NCBI GenBank assembly: GCA_973895155.1
Contig: OZ316897.1
Location: forward strand, 7,554,470 to 7,618,469
Source of the DNA: Marsupella aquatica
Lineage: Eukaryota; Plantae; Marchantiophyta
Length of the DNA stretch: 64,000 nt
Direction: 5' to 3'
Part shown: positions 14,153 to 27,597 of the stretch, in pieces
How the letters are laid out: every line of letters starts with the position of its first letter
Numbering within the stretch: position 1 is the first letter of the stretch
Translations under genes and position numbers: made by a program
Notes under the pieces: generated by a model
The model's database searches: none
The model's input: only the letters and a program-made list of their open reading frames with translations
What the model was told of the DNA's origin: nothing

Positions 14153-17100
14153 ATGTCTACGTTGAGAGTGTTGGCGCGGGGCAAGCGCCCAGCCCCCCCA
14201 CATAGTTCTCCCCCCTCCTCCCCCCCGCCTCGTGGTCGCCTTCGTGTTTGCTCTTCTTCATTGGATCTCTCTCATCTTCGTGATGACCCCATGCCCGATG
14301 TTCTACCAGTCCCCCCAGTCTACTGCCCACCCCATCGACGCCCTGGGTCCTCTCCCCAGCCCATTCCCCCTCCACCCCTCCAGCATCCCCCTCCGGCCTC
14401 TTCATCCACATCGGTTCCCCCCCCACCTCCTGTCCAGTCGTTCCCTGCTCCCTCCCCAGACGAGCGTCCCCTGCATACTTGTCCTGAGTGTGGCTGGGTT
14501 GGCCTCTCCCTTCCTCATCACCGCGGGCGGGGCCGGTGCCAACGTCGCCAGCAAGCCCAATCCCAGCCCCAGCCCCCTCTTGACCCAGTTAGCTCTGCCC
14601 CTCCTTCCTTGGAGGCTTCCGAGAAGGCATGGAGTTGGGTTCGCTCTCTAGACCCCCTTCCAGCCTACCATCCAGGGTACATTAGACCTCGCCTTTATAA
14701 CCACATCCCACTAGCGTTGCGCCCATTAGTTCGGTCATCCTTGTTGCAACTCATGCAGCTTATCTTGGCGCATCCTATCGAGGTCTCCTATTGGTCTTTA
14801 CTCATGCTTTTTCCACAGTGGACTCTTACCCTCCCTAGTCACGGTGGTCGCGTGGGTCATCATGAGACTGCCTCTCGTATCCATCGTTTTCTGCGGGGAG
14901 ATTGGGAACAGCTTCAGGAAGAGTACTTTCTTCGAGCCCGTTCCTTTACTACCCGTGCTTTGTCTGACCCAGCTCGCCACTCTCATCCTCCAGAGCACAG
15001 ACACCTTCGTCGCTCTTGTCGTTTGGCCCAGGCTGGTGAATATCGTCGTGCGGTCTAGGCCCTTTCTCCCACCACACCAGCCCCCCCTGGCGAGGTCACC
15101 TTGACGGCCCTTCAGGATCTCCATCCATAGCCCTATGATCAGCTCCCTTTGTTCGTGGAGGATTTTGAGCCTGAGGAGGATCTTCAGTTTAGTAGGGACC
15201 ACTTCGCCTATGCTTTCCTCCATGCTCCGCGTTGTGCGGCTGGTGGCCCCTCTGGCTATGTCTTTGAGCATTTTCGTGATTTATTCCCCCCTGAGGATCC
15301 TCAGTCTGGTTTTCCAGTTTTCTTCTCCTTTTGCCAGTGTATTGCTGCCGGCCGTTTGCCTCCTCCCGTCTCTCGGCTTTTGAGTGCTTCTCGTTTATTG
15401 GCCATGGCTAAGTCTTCACCGGGTGTTCGGCCCATAGCTATTGGAGAGGTTTTTCTTCGTCTGGTGTCTCGCGCACTTTCATCGCAGTATCGCTCTGCAC
15501 TATCGGATCATCTCTCTCCACATCAGTTTGCAGTGGGCGTTCCTGGCGGTTGTGAGACAGTTATTGCGGGTATTCGTACTACCTTGGACCTCCACCCTGA
15601 TTGGGTTGTCCTCCAGGTTGATGTCTCCAATGCTTTCAATACGGTTTCTCGGGCATCAATTTTTCGTGCTTTGAGGGCAGCGGATCCAGACATCCAGTCC
15701 CTTATCCCCTTTGTCCGTTGTTTTTATGGGTTCGAGACCCCCCTCTTCTATAGTCATCACACCTCTATAGGAGCGTATACCACTCTTTCTTCTGTAGAAG
15801 GTACACGTCAGGGTGACCCTTTGGGTGGGCCTCTTTTTGCCATTGCACATTTTCCTGCTTTATGAGAAGCCTCCGCGGCCCACCCCCAGTGTATCTTCCC
15901 CTCCCTTTCAGATGACACCCACATCATTGGTCCACCTGTTGTTGTTACTTCTGCCCTCGCCACCCTTTCCACCCATTTGTTGGGCCTCGGTTTACGAGTT
16001 CAGCCGGTGAAGAGTCGTGCATGGAGTCCAGCTGGGTTACCCTCTGATCTTGCGCTTCCCCCTGGGTTCTTACGTCCTACCGACGGTCTTTGGGTCCTTG
16101 GCTCCCCAGTTGGTACCGCCTCCTTTTGCTCATCTTTCATTGCTGACGCTCTCCAGGCTGCCTTAGCCCCTACTCCTATGCTCCCTAAGTTAGCAGACTC
16201 TCAGGCAGCATTTGGGTTGTTGTTGAGATGCATCCACCCTCGTGCGTCCTATTTGGCTCGGACACATCCCCCTACCGAGGATCTTTATCTACACCTCCGA
16301 GCGTTTGATGTCTCCATTCGTGAGACTTTGGCCTCTCTTTTAGGGCCAGGTACTTTACTCTCATCTCCGTGGCTTCATCGACAGCTCAGTCTTCCTATTT
16401 CTCACGGTGGTTTTGGGCTTACTTCCACTGAGCGCCTTGCACCTTTGGCCTTCTTGGGCGCGTGGGCGGCCGCCTTCTCATTGTTGGCTGATCGTTTCCT
16501 TACTGAGGATCGACCTTTTTTACTTTCATCCCTCATGGAGGTCGAGGAGGGTTCCCTCCCATTTCAGGTTCATTTGCGCACGGCGCGGTCATCATTACCC
16601 GATCCTGTTTGAGCTGCGTTACCTTCATTCCAGGAGTTTTTATCCTTGGACCCCGTCCGTCTTCAGGCAGACCTTGCTAGGCGTATGCACGCTTTCACCC
16701 TTTCCAGCATCCTCACCGAGGCACCTGACACGGACCGAGCTTGGATTCTTTCTTCCGGGGGGAAAGGCGCAGGAGGCTGGCTTCAGGCCAATCCAGTCAT
16801 TCCTCACCTGCGGATGTCTTCAACGGAGTTTGCGATAGCCATGCGTCTTCGTATGGGCTTGCCCCACCCACTTCTTGCTGGTTTACCTCCTACTTGCAGT
16901 TGTGGGAAGCCTTGTGATGCCACAGGTGTCCATCTTCTTCGATGCAGTTTGGGCGGCGAAACCATTTTTGTTCACGACGCTGTGAGAGATGCGACTGCTC
17001 AGGTTCTCTCTGGCTCTTTGGTCTGCGCGCGGCGGGAGGTGGTGCTCGAGTTACCTGGTCCTCCATCACAGCGGTTACGGGTGGATCTTACCATGGTCCG

Positions 17101-17548
17101 TGACGGTCACCGTACTTTGGTAGATGTAGTGGTGGCAAACCCATTGCGCCAAGACATCATTGGGACAGCGGCAACAACGGCAGGGGTAGCAGCATCACGA
17201 GCAGCAACAATGAAGGAGGCCAAATATGTTGCACGAGCTTCATCTGATAGCTTCTTGCCCCTTGCTCTTGAGATATTTGGGCGTCTCCATCATCAGTTCG
17301 ACGGGCTTCTTCGCCAAGCTGCTCGGGATGTTCACGGCCGGATGGGTCCCACCGGGCCCCCGCTATCTGTTTTGACCACGCACTTTCACCAACGCATTTC
17401 AGTCACCTTACAGCGTGCTCAAGCTCGGGCCGTCTATCGTCGATCTCTGACAGTGGGTGCTAGTGTGACTCCGCAGCGGCTAGCCCCCCTAGAGGACATT
17501 CCTATCCCACTTGCCGATCTAGTTTCGACACTTGATGTAGACCACTAG
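14153..17548 (+). pseudogene. CRE-type polyprotein (Zn finger, RT, CCHC knuckle, PD-(D/E)xK endonuclease), 1132 codons with 4 premature stops
   Basis: ORF-track pieces at 14141, 15149, 15977 and 16646 are all in one frame. Motifs: CPECG...H, VRPIAIGE, QFAVG, DVSNAFN, GTRQGDPLG, LSDD (15905-15916), LPISHGGFGL, CSCG...HLLRC, HDAVRD, RVDL...VDV, KEAKY, FLPLALEIFG. Stops TAG 15056, TAG 15128, TGA 15863 and TGA 16610. Confidence 0.9.
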
Positions 17549-17798
17549 CTTGTTGCCACATTTGCTAGGTATGATGAGGACCTCGGTCCATTTGCGGTAG
17601 TTTTAGTTACTCTTTCTTGGTTTTTAGGGGTTTCTTTTTGCTCACTTCTTTTAGTTCCTCTTTCTTGGTTTTTAGGGTTTCCTTTTGCTCACTTCTTTTG
17701 CGTTTGGTTTTGTCCACTTGGGACCTCTCTTGTTTATTCTTTTGTACTCTATTTGGCCTTTTTCTGTATAAAGTATGTGTATATTTTTTTAAAAATAA

Positions 17799-17800
<2 letters not shown>

Positions 17801-17827
<27 letters not shown>
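17801..17827 (+). repeat. (TAA)9 microsatellite, 3' tail or target of the CRE element
   Basis: TAA repeats immediately follow the T-rich 3' UTR. Confidence 0.9.
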
Positions 17828-17829
<2 letters not shown>

Positions 17830-18694
17830 CATGCTTCTACAATAGACAGAAGAGCCCGTGACTAGTTTTAGTCAATAATAATTACATGTGAAGCATATTG
17901 GTGTTCTAATGGAAATAGTGAAACTTATAGTACTTAGGGAAAATTTCGTTTTCCCTTCCTTTTTCACAAACTTCATTTTTAATCACGGTTGAGGGAAAAA
18001 GGGTGTAGTGACGGAGGGAGTGGGAGGGAGAGTGGAAGGAGAGACATGAAGGGCGTGGGGGAAGGGAAAATTGAAGAAATAAAGGAAGATTTAAGGCATT
18101 GTTCCCTCCCTCATTTATATTGCAATGAGTCAGTTCTTAGTGCTGTCATCTTTATGACATATTTTGGGAGGATTCAGGTTTTAGACTTCTGAGATCAGTC
18201 CGAGTTGCGCGCTGGCTGCTGCGCTATGAATTCTCATGTTTAGGGCGAGCGGGAGATTGAGCATGGTGCATTGGAAGATGAAGAGAGAATTTCAATTTCA
18301 AGCAGCGCAACTGGGAGCTCAACTTACCTTTGCAATAAGCCTTTCATGGAGTCGACGACTCGATGGCCTACAAATATCTGAGGGGGTTTTCTTTTCCTTT
18401 ATGTCATCGATCAGTCCTCATTTGAAGTTCAGCTTCTGTCAATCCTTGGAAGCATTCTTTCTTCAATGTTGGATTTCGGCCGTAGCAACATCTCGTTGCT
18501 GCACTCGATCTTGCGCATCTTTTTTTACAGTCTGTTGCGTGGTTGGCAGCATCTTCTTGCTGCATTGAGTCTGTTGCACATTGCAGCAACATCTCGTTTG
18601 ACATTGAGTACAATACCATGGCAATGACCAAAGCAAAATTGAAGGCAGCAGCGCATGCCTCAGGGCTGCCAAACAATCTCATGGTTAAGTAATT

Positions 18695-21103
18695 TTGAGT
18701 AATCATTTGAAGCCTTGCAATCCTAATGGCTCTCCTGTCTTTCATGGCTCTGGGTCTTTGTCTCCAAGTGCTTCTCCGATTGAGAATGAGATTTCCAATA
18801 GCAGGGCAGACGGTGTAGACCCCGATGTTGTGATTCTTGAAGATGTGAAGGCTGAAGAATTGACCAAGAAGAGGAAGCGTAGCTACGAGATGAAGCGCCA
18901 CTTCCAGCCTAGATGGGCAGTTGTTCATCCGTGGGCGACAGCAGCTACGGTGGACGCAGAAGGGGTGGTCACCCAAGTGCGGTGCACAATCTGCACTAAG
19001 ATTGAAGGGAGGGAGAAATTATATGTTCCAAAGATCGATGGTCTTTGGAAACATGTTGGAAGGAGGCATGCAGAAAAGGCCATGGTTATCCGAGGCAAGA
19101 AGTACTCAAAGGGCACCTTCTACTTTTCTGGTACCACTCAACATGAGAAGAATGAGAAGTTGTTGTTGCGGCTGCCACAAGACCCCATCCATTGGCAGAT
19201 TCAAGAGGCAGTGAGTCTTGAGCGGAAGAGAAATTAAGGCAGTCCAATTTTCTGTTTTTAGTCTGCTTACATTGGGACGTCCCATGACTGACTATGAAGC
19301 CATGTTGAAGTTGTTTCAACATTTGAGGGTTCCAGAGACACCGACCTCACACTGGAGCATGAGTTCAGGCTGGGGAATGGCAGAGAGCATTTTCCACATC
19401 ATTCGCTTGAAGACTCGGGAGTGGTGTTTTGGAGCTCGTTACATCTCAATGTCTGTCGATGAGGTAACTGCCATTGACAACACTACATGGATAAGCATTC
19501 ATGTTTATGTGATGAGAGGGTGGGAACAAATACCTTTTCTACTGTCCTTGCAAAAGTTGACCAATGGCACTGATGCTGCGAACTTGACTGTTGTTGTGGT
19601 GGAGTCCTTGACTGGAGATTGCGGTAATCTTGGCTGGAAAGAAGTAGCTTCAAAGCTAGTGAGCTTTGGAGCAGATGGAGCTGCCGTTTTTCAAGGGCAT
19701 CAAATAGGGGTTTTGGCTCGCATACAGAAACACCATGCTCCATTCATGGCTGGCTTGCATTGTTGTGCTCGTGATAGGACTAACATCTGTGTGGAGAAAT
19801 TGGACTCCTTGCCAATTGTACAGAAGATCGAGGCCCTTGTCTCCAGCCTGCATTCATATTTTGCTCACAACCCCAAATGACAACTAGAGTTTCAACGGTT
19901 AGCTGCTGAGTTGGAGACCGAGGGCCAGAAGATAGAACGAAACAGCAAGAATCGATGGATTTCCCTTCTACAACCGTTGCAGAGTGTGTTACGTGAGTAC
20001 AAGACACTTGTTGTGCAAATGTCTACAGATGGGGCCACACTTGCAATTGCGAAGTCCAATGCGAAGCTATTACTGGACCTGGAGACGTTCATATCCTTGC
20101 CATGTTTATTGCCTTTGCTGAAATCTGTGCATGACCTGATTGTGTTTGCCCAATCCAGGGATGTCATGATCCAAGATTTCATAATTAGTGCTGTAAAGGT
20201 ACATCAGGCAGAATTGCACTGTTATTACGTGGATTTGCAGACCTCCTTTAGGCCAGGGGCATTTCATACATTTTTAGGAGATTGTAGTTGGTCGATCACA
20301 CACTATTAATCATGAGTGGATGACTGATTTGGGGACTGGCGTGGAGTATCTCTCCTTTCAAATTGGTGACCACACCTATCTGACCCATTGGTTTGATGAG
20401 ATTCTTGGGCATGACTTACCCGAACTTACACGACATGCATTCGACCATGTTGTTTATACTATGAAGAATCAGTGTAAAGAAGCAGCATCAAAGTTGATTA
20501 AGCTGTTTGACACATAGTTTCCTAACGTTGACCTGTTGAACGCTTTGGGCATAGTCCATCCGCAATATTGGGACAGAGACGATGCGGAGGACAATTTTGG
20601 CTGGTACCTTCAAGTGATCAAGACAAACTTTTGTGAACCAAAGTCGATTTCCGTGAAGGTGAATCAGGTGAGGACAGTGCTGTCATCGATCCTATTCTTG
20701 ATTACAGCTTGCTGCAAGACGAACAGAGTTTTTTCAAGCTAACCATGGAGGCGAAAGCTGCCAAGGTAATGGAAGAGCAAGAGTTTAACCCTGACGTTAA
20801 AAATCCCATGACACGGCTATGGAAGAGATTGGGGGCGAATCCTTTGATTCGGGCAAAAATTGGGGGAGTGGTTTAAGCTTGCAAAAATTGTTGTGGTCAT
20901 GGTGACAGGTTCAGTGGAGGATGAACAAATTTTCTCCACTATGTCATTTGTGAAGAGTAAGCTTAGGAACAAATTGGGGAGTCATTTTGGATTGCACGGT
21001 GCGGATGTTCACTCAGAAGTTTTTCTCTTTAGATGATTTCCCATTCTAGGATGCCATTACACATTGGCTGGAGGAGGAAAGGCGTGGCTCAGTCATTGGT
21101 TAG
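18695..21103 (+). pseudogene. hAT-superfamily transposase relic (ZNF862-like)
   Basis: N-terminal FQPRWAVVHPW...CTIC Zn finger; SMSVDEVT (D1); SFGADGAAVFQG (D2); GLHCC; RWISL; C-terminal dimerisation motif GSVEDEQIFSTMSFVKSKLRNKL (~20905-20975). Several frameshifts and stops; TIRs not found. Confidence 0.88.
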
Positions 21104-21206
21104 AGTGATTGATTGAAACGTGTATGCGAGGCCGAGTACATTTAGAAGCTGATATGTGATATGTGTTTCTTGTGATGGATGTCTTAGTGGGGATTAGATT
21201 TAGATA

Positions 21207-21285
21207 GGCTAGGGGTGTAAGGGGACATCGACTTCTGGGAAGGACTCTGTGCACACAGTCAGGGGTTCAATTCCCCTCCATAGTT
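21207..21285 (+). other. tRNA-like cloverleaf (SINE head or tRNA pseudogene)
   Basis: Perfect T-arm AGGGG-TTCAATT-CCCCT (21261-21277), D-arm-like GTGT-AAGGGG-ACAT, and a decayed acceptor stem GGCTAGGG/CCATAGTT. The anticodon arm is irregular. Confidence 0.4.
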
Positions 21286-22850
21286 TGAACGGACTTGTGT
21301 ACAGACATTTATAGCAGCAGTACAAAGGACGTCCAGCATGTGAAGACGTGAAGTCCCACTCACGGTGAGACTGACAGAATCTGGTACCACTTAAGATGAG
21401 TGGGATTGCGGGTAATATGTGTGCCAGAAATTGAAGCTTCACATATTTTCTTCTCCATCCCAAGAGAGTATAAGGTGTTGCGCCTCTGCGACTCTGCATT
21501 TCATATTATTAAGCTGCTGAGTTTTGGTTGTGTACAGGTTTTGGTTGTGTACAGGTTTTGGTTGAAGCAGCAAGTTCGCAACCTCCGTGTACTTCGCTAT
21601 GGCAAGGCTGAAGGTGTGCATAAGCAGGCGACGATAGCCGAGCCCCAAGGTCACAACAACAGCTCCAAAATGGCAGAATCAGACCTTCATCCAGAAGCCG
21701 ACGCCAAGGAGGAGCCACAAGATGTGGTCAGTGAAAAGCCCCAACAGCCGACGCCTTGGAGCTGGGTACTTCCGCAGCTGAAGGCCAGGAGGAAGTTCTG
21801 CGCTACTTCAACGATGATGCAAGAACGGAGAATGTGCTTAGACCAGGAGGCAAAGGAGAAATGGCCCAAACTTTGGAGGGCCGAGCAAGCCTTGAAACAG
21901 TCCAAGAACTGCAAGCATTAGGCATTTCCATAATTCCGTGGCATTGATGGAGGAGGACTTTGTTAGACTCCTTGAAGTTAGAGCTTGCAGCATGAAGTTA
22001 GACTGTAAGAGTCAGGTTATCCTGGTCTGTGATGAGGCTCAGAATATAAGAGCACAGTTTGTCACGGGAGCACCTATTGAAATTTTGATTATGATGTTTA
22101 TACAGGCCAGTTTGCTCAATAAACTGTCATCTTTGCATTTCCCACACAAGTTTTCTGAAGGGGAATGTGCACTTCTTGGTGCTGTTTTCTCGATGTTTTC
22201 CTCTTTTGCCATCTCCCACACTAGTGCAAACCTTGTATTAGCTAGTCTGCCGACTGCACTAAACCTCATTCCATCTCCCACTACAGTGAACAATTTGCAT
22301 TCGCTAGCTACTGCGACTGTAGTTAACATCATTTGCCAGTAATGAACCACTTCGCTAATGTGGGTTGCCACTAAAAACTATGGTCGGCGGCTCCCAGTAG
22401 CCACCTCCCCCACCTCTACACTTGAGGAAATTGCCAGTCTGGCAAAAATCAAAATCCTTAAAAAATACGTTGGTGAGGATCACACAATTCTTGATTGGAT
22501 TGGGGTCAGTCAATTCAGACAATTGTTGCTGCTGTTCTTGTCCCCTGCAATTCTTGTAGCAAAGCTATCCAAGTTGGTCCACCTACCTAAAGCCCTCCTA
22601 ACCAGGGATCAAATGCCATCATGAGTAAAGCGCAAATGAAAGCAACATAGTGACACATGCGGTCCATCTGACTTATGATCATTTCGACAGAAACAATCAA
22701 ATATTACTTGAATGGTCATCATTATGTTCTTTAATGACCAAATGGGTCACGAATACCGTCACCTGCCCTCCACGAGGCTATAAGTTGGGATAAATGACCG
22801 AGTCCCTTTTGACCAAATGGATGCGTACTTGTTGCTCGCCAAACCTTTAT

Positions 22851-23051
22851 CCAAATCCACTCCAGGTGGACGTCAAAGACAGACCAATTCAAACATGAAG
22901 AACAACCGGGGTCAGACGCCCACGCTCGGTACATCCAAAATAATTGTCAATCCAAATCCACTCCAAGTGGACGTCAAAGACAGACCAATTCAAACACGAA
23001 GAACAACCGTGGTGAGACGTCCACGCTTGGTACATCCGAAATAATTGTCAA
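22851..23051. repeat. Tandem duplication, 101-bp unit x2
   Basis: CCAAATCCACTCCA(G/A)GTGGACGTCAAAGACAGACCAATTCAAACA... starts at 22851 and again at 22952. Confidence 0.9.
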
Positions 23052-24849
23052 AGGTGGCGGTATTGTGCATTAATTCACATGTGTCAATATTGAGCAACCT
23101 TGAGCAAGTTCCTTGAATTTGGATTGCTTGAGAATGGGTGCCTCTCCTGTTGCTTGAAAGTGCACAACCACTACAGTACAGTCCACAGTCAACCATCTCA
23201 AAATGGCGTCCAAACCTTCAACTCCAAACCCCGTCAAGCAACGGAAAGCGTTCAAACTATTTACAATTTGATCATCATCTCAATAAAATCAAATGAATAT
23301 TAGAATCTCAAAGAAGAAGCGCACGGTTAACATGGAGAACCCACCAATAGTGTTGTGGAACCTTTCAGAATCTACACATTTAGTGTTGCAAATTGAAGCT
23401 TGGTCGGGACGGGCGGACAATTAGAACCTTTGGAGCCCGTGGGGGTCGTCTGTTGTTGCGAGAAAGAGACAAACGAGGAACCAAAACAAGCCCAGCAAGC
23501 AAGCACTACATATGCTTTGCTATGCTCCAATTCTCAGCTTCAACAAAACTACAATTGCAGAGGACATTCATAGGATCCATACACCCATCCATCCCTACAG
23601 CCCCGCCAGCCCAACCCAAAGCTAAACCAAACAGAAGTTTTGGTCCAGGTAATTTGCCAAATCACAAGTCCAAGTTGACCACCACCTTAGACTCGATGAA
23701 ATATTACCTGGATGAACTATGGACGGACGTCTCGCGTCAACAAGTTCTCATGTGGTGCTCAAAAACCCTAAATTTAAAAAAGACATTAAAAAAATAGAGC
23801 ACAATCAAACGACCTGTTTTGAGAAGTAGTGAAACAGGGCTATAAAAATATATTGAAGTCTTCAATCCACCCCCGGTCTAAACTTCAGCACAGACGCAAG
23901 TTGTACAAAAGTTGTCATGCAATGACTTGCAACCTGTGTAGGTGAATACGAGGACATCTAGCATTCGGAATTGCCGGGATACTAAGGACAATACTACTAG
24001 ACACGAAAGCAAATACTTGAAAGACATTGCACAAGGAATCAGGGGGCTAAATAACATCGCAAGTCGCATAAGAGTATATGTCAATGGCAGCGCAAAGAAA
24101 AAACCACGCCTCCGGAACTAAACCAGCTCTTCCACATTAGATTCCGGCATTTGCCAGATCAATCAACAAAACTCGAATAAAAAGTTCGAAGACCCTAAAC
24201 CCCTAACAAAACAGTCAATTCTTCTAGCGTGCTCGACGCAAACCTTGCGTGCGAGGCACAAGATCATTAAGGGATGCCTACATTTCAAGCTAGTCAAGTA
24301 CTCAAATCACTCTCATTGTCAGATAGGAAAGAACTTAATTGGAGCTTGGCACTCGCAGACACTCGCTTCCAACCATTTGACAACCTATCAAGCCGAGCGC
24401 CTTCATAACATGTTCCGGCATCAAACTTTTCCTCATCACACAAGCCTCTCCACCCCCTCAAAGCATAGAAACTGGAAAATCAGCCAGACTACGCTACAAC
24501 GAGGGAGTGGAGTAGTGGCGGTGTCCGGGGACCAGTTTAAACGGTATAAAAGTAGACTTTTTAATACTTTTAGGGACTTGGATTTATCATAGTATTTTCT
24601 TAATTTGGTTTAATCTTTCCTAATCCTAATCAGTTTCCATTTTAAATACGAAATTACACTAAGGTATTTTAACTTAAAACACTAAGTTTCTACTTTCATC
24701 TAAATTCAACACATCACTCACATTTCCATAACAATTAAACATTTTTACCACAAGAGCATTTCATCATTTTGATCACATAAAATAATCCAAACTCAACTTT
24801 TTATTTCAATCATTCTCACAAAATGAAGTTTGGTTCGGGTTTACAAAGT

Positions 24850-26830
24850 GTTTTTCGGTGGCTCATCTCCTAACTCAGGTCTCCCCACTAAACTCAGCTC
24901 AATCATCAGGTCAGGACTTGGCCCCAAGCTCATCGATGGTTTCCCCCAAGCATGTTGGACACAATTTTAGTCTCCGCCGAGCTTCCTTCACGTCGTCGCT
25001 CCTCTTACACTCTTCTTCTTGGCTCTTTTTCCTTCTCTCCTCAAGTTTCCAGTCCCATAGCAAAAAGAACTTACGGCCGCTATCCTCATACCCCATGGCA
25101 GCGGATTGTCCCTAATTTAAAAATGGTTTCTATCACGGGATTCCACTCACTAAATGAATGCAAGTCAATCAACTTACAATCCTCTTAAAAATTCCACAAC
25201 ATCAGATGTAAAGATTAACAAGTAACCCACACTTCCAGCTGAAACTTTTTAGTTAATCTCATGGAAAATCACTCCTTCTTCATGGTCCATGATAATTAAA
25301 TTTAATCCATTGCTTCAGGTCTCCATTTTTCACTTCTTCCTTCCCTGGAAAAAAATGTTGTTATGAAATCTTTCTTAAACATTTCATCGTACAGTCTTCA
25401 TTGTTTTCCGTTCGCCCCTGCCTCTTGTTCCCGCTATCCACTCAGTCACTTGTCGTTTCTTTTCGGGTTTTGCTTGAAAGCTCTCTCTCTCTCGTCAGTT
25501 TATTGTCTCTTTACTTCCTTATTCTGGCTCTCGTTCTTTTTGTCCATATGTTCCGCTTCTTTCGTTCAAACTTTGGGTTTTTGATAATCTCAATCTCGTC
25601 TCTCATCACCTTTTGCCTTCGCTTCTTTGCGTTTAATCTTCTAGCCTCTGATCCTTAGCCTCAGATGAACACTTCAACACGATCATTGCCTCCTGTCACC
25701 AGATCTCTTATTGTGGATGAACGTCTTTCTTTTTCTCAGATCACCACAACACCGTCAACTCTTACTTCAATCTCTCCTTCCTGAAATTCAATAGCGCGCT
25801 CGGCCTCTTCTTGGGATTCTCAATCTGACATGTTCTCGCGAAAATTCCTCAAAACAATAACAATGAAAACCATGCCTCTCCAATTCTTTCTTTGTTTCAA
25901 CATTCCCCAGCTTCGCCTTGTTTACCCAAAAACTCAGTTCTCCACAATAACATCGTCGTTTCTTGAGCTTCCCCTCTTCTGTATATAGCTTTCTCTTCTT
26001 TGTTTTTTATCCTATAATGTTCATCGGTCTTCTGAGCTTGCTTTCGAAATCTCTTCTTTCTGAAAATCCCAAAGCTTCAACAACATCTCCTCAGCCGATC
26101 CCTCCTTTTCATCTATTAGCACCTGGCTCGTTCTTGTCTCTCCTCACAAAGAAAACTCATCATTGTAACATTCCCTGAAGACGAGATCCACAGCATCCAT
26201 AACACTCTGCTTAAAAACGGCTGTCTTCCATTCCTCTCCCCTCGAACCTGCTTAGCGCTCTCAAAGTCTCTCCCTCGTTTTGCTTCTGAACTCCTCTCTA
26301 ACCTCTGCGCCTTGCTTCGCTATCTCTCTACTTATATTTCTGATTCTCCAAGTCACTTTCCCCTTTTCGTGCTCCTCCGACTGGTCTACATTGCACTTCA
26401 ATTCACTCTAATCGAATGTCCTCTCGCCCGCCATCGTCAGAAATCCTTGTTCTCCTCTTTTTCATAAAACTTCTGATCTTCCCCGTCACGAACCCTTTCT
26501 GTGCACGCTACATAAATCACATGCTTTTATTGCCAGCACCATCTCATCGCCAAATCTCATCACCATCTCCTCTATTCTTATCAAATCGCACCTATTCAAA
26601 AGAAAATCCGCCCCCACTCCTCGTTCTTCATCGCTTAGAATACAGTCGAGATGAGAATTGCCTGTCCTCCGTCGCCTTTCCAAAAATCCTCAAATCTTCA
26701 TCCACACACTCCCATATTCCAGCCATTTTTCTTCTATCACACCCGAAACTCCGAAACGCGCCTCAGCCTTCGTCCGAAAAATTAAAAAAAAAACCTCAAC
26801 ATTCAACGAACATCATCCTCGGCTGAATCT
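24850..26830 (-). pseudogene. Degenerate long K/E/R-rich ORF of unknown function
   Basis: Strong purine bias on the minus strand. The frame LIIMDHEEGVIFHEIN*KVSAGSVGYLLIFTSDVVEF*EDCKLIDLHSFSEWNPVIETIFKLGQSAAMGYEDSGRKFFLLWDWKLEE...CPTC is broken only by TAA stops derivable from CAA. Confidence 0.35.
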
Positions 26831-27597
26831 CACCCTATCACCCCGAGTACTCTAGCGCGCACCACACCCCCGAGAATTTTTCTAACTGCCCCTTATTCCT
26901 TCGGCCGTTTCTCCTTCCTCCCGTTCCTCCTTGTATCGCGCTCCACTTCAACTGACCCTTATGAGACGTGCTCACGGAATGTCACGTGTCTCATCCACAA
27001 TAATTGCCCTATTAACTTTTAGTCTAAGCTTCATTCTCCACTCTTTATTCCTCTTTTGTCTCACTAACCTTCAACTCAAGTTCAGTTTCCTTTTTGTTCC
27101 TTTCCTTCGCAATCAGAGTACTACTGCATTCTGAGCCGGACAAAGCAAGTCAACTAGATCCAGCACACTCCACTTCAATTGTCAAACATTTTTCCCGACG
27201 ACGGCGGAGATTGGAGGTCCGCAGGACTCTTCCCTCGCCTGTGGTAAGACGAGGAAATCCCTAACCTAGCCGGATATTTGGAATGTCTAATCCTCAGGCC
27301 GTAGAGCGAAGCACAATGGAAAACGGCAGGCATTTCAGATTGAAAATCATGCAAGTCATCGAGAATCATCCTGCCTGGAGCTCTCTCGGACATCAGCGCT
27401 TTTGGGGCAATGTTCTTTCCTCATGACCTGCCTTTCTTGTCCGCCATAGCTTCGCTCTCAAAGCATTTTGTAAACCCTAATATATATATCTCTCTCTCTC
27501 TTGTGCTCTCTCTTGTGCTCTCACATGTATGAATATATATGTGCAGTTTCCGCAACCATCTCATGGGTATCAAGACACCATCTCATGGGTATCAAGA

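Larger units (their letters stand above)
13911..17827 (+). mobile_element. CRE-clade (RLE-type) non-LTR retrotransposon, near full length
   Basis: Single long frame encoding RT plus a C-terminal Zn knuckle and restriction-like endonuclease, then a T-rich 3' UTR and (TAA)n tail. The 5' end is uncertain: candidate TSD AGCACGCT 13903-13910 / AACATGCT 17828-17835, or an alternative start at ~13703. Confidence 0.85.

Noticed and set aside
14153-17548. Stops repaired by U-to-C RNA editing or readthrough
   Set aside because: Reverse editing is an organellar process; this is nuclear TE DNA and 5mC deamination explains the stops.
21207-21285. Functional tRNA gene
   Set aside because: The acceptor stem is mismatched and there is no canonical anticodon arm.
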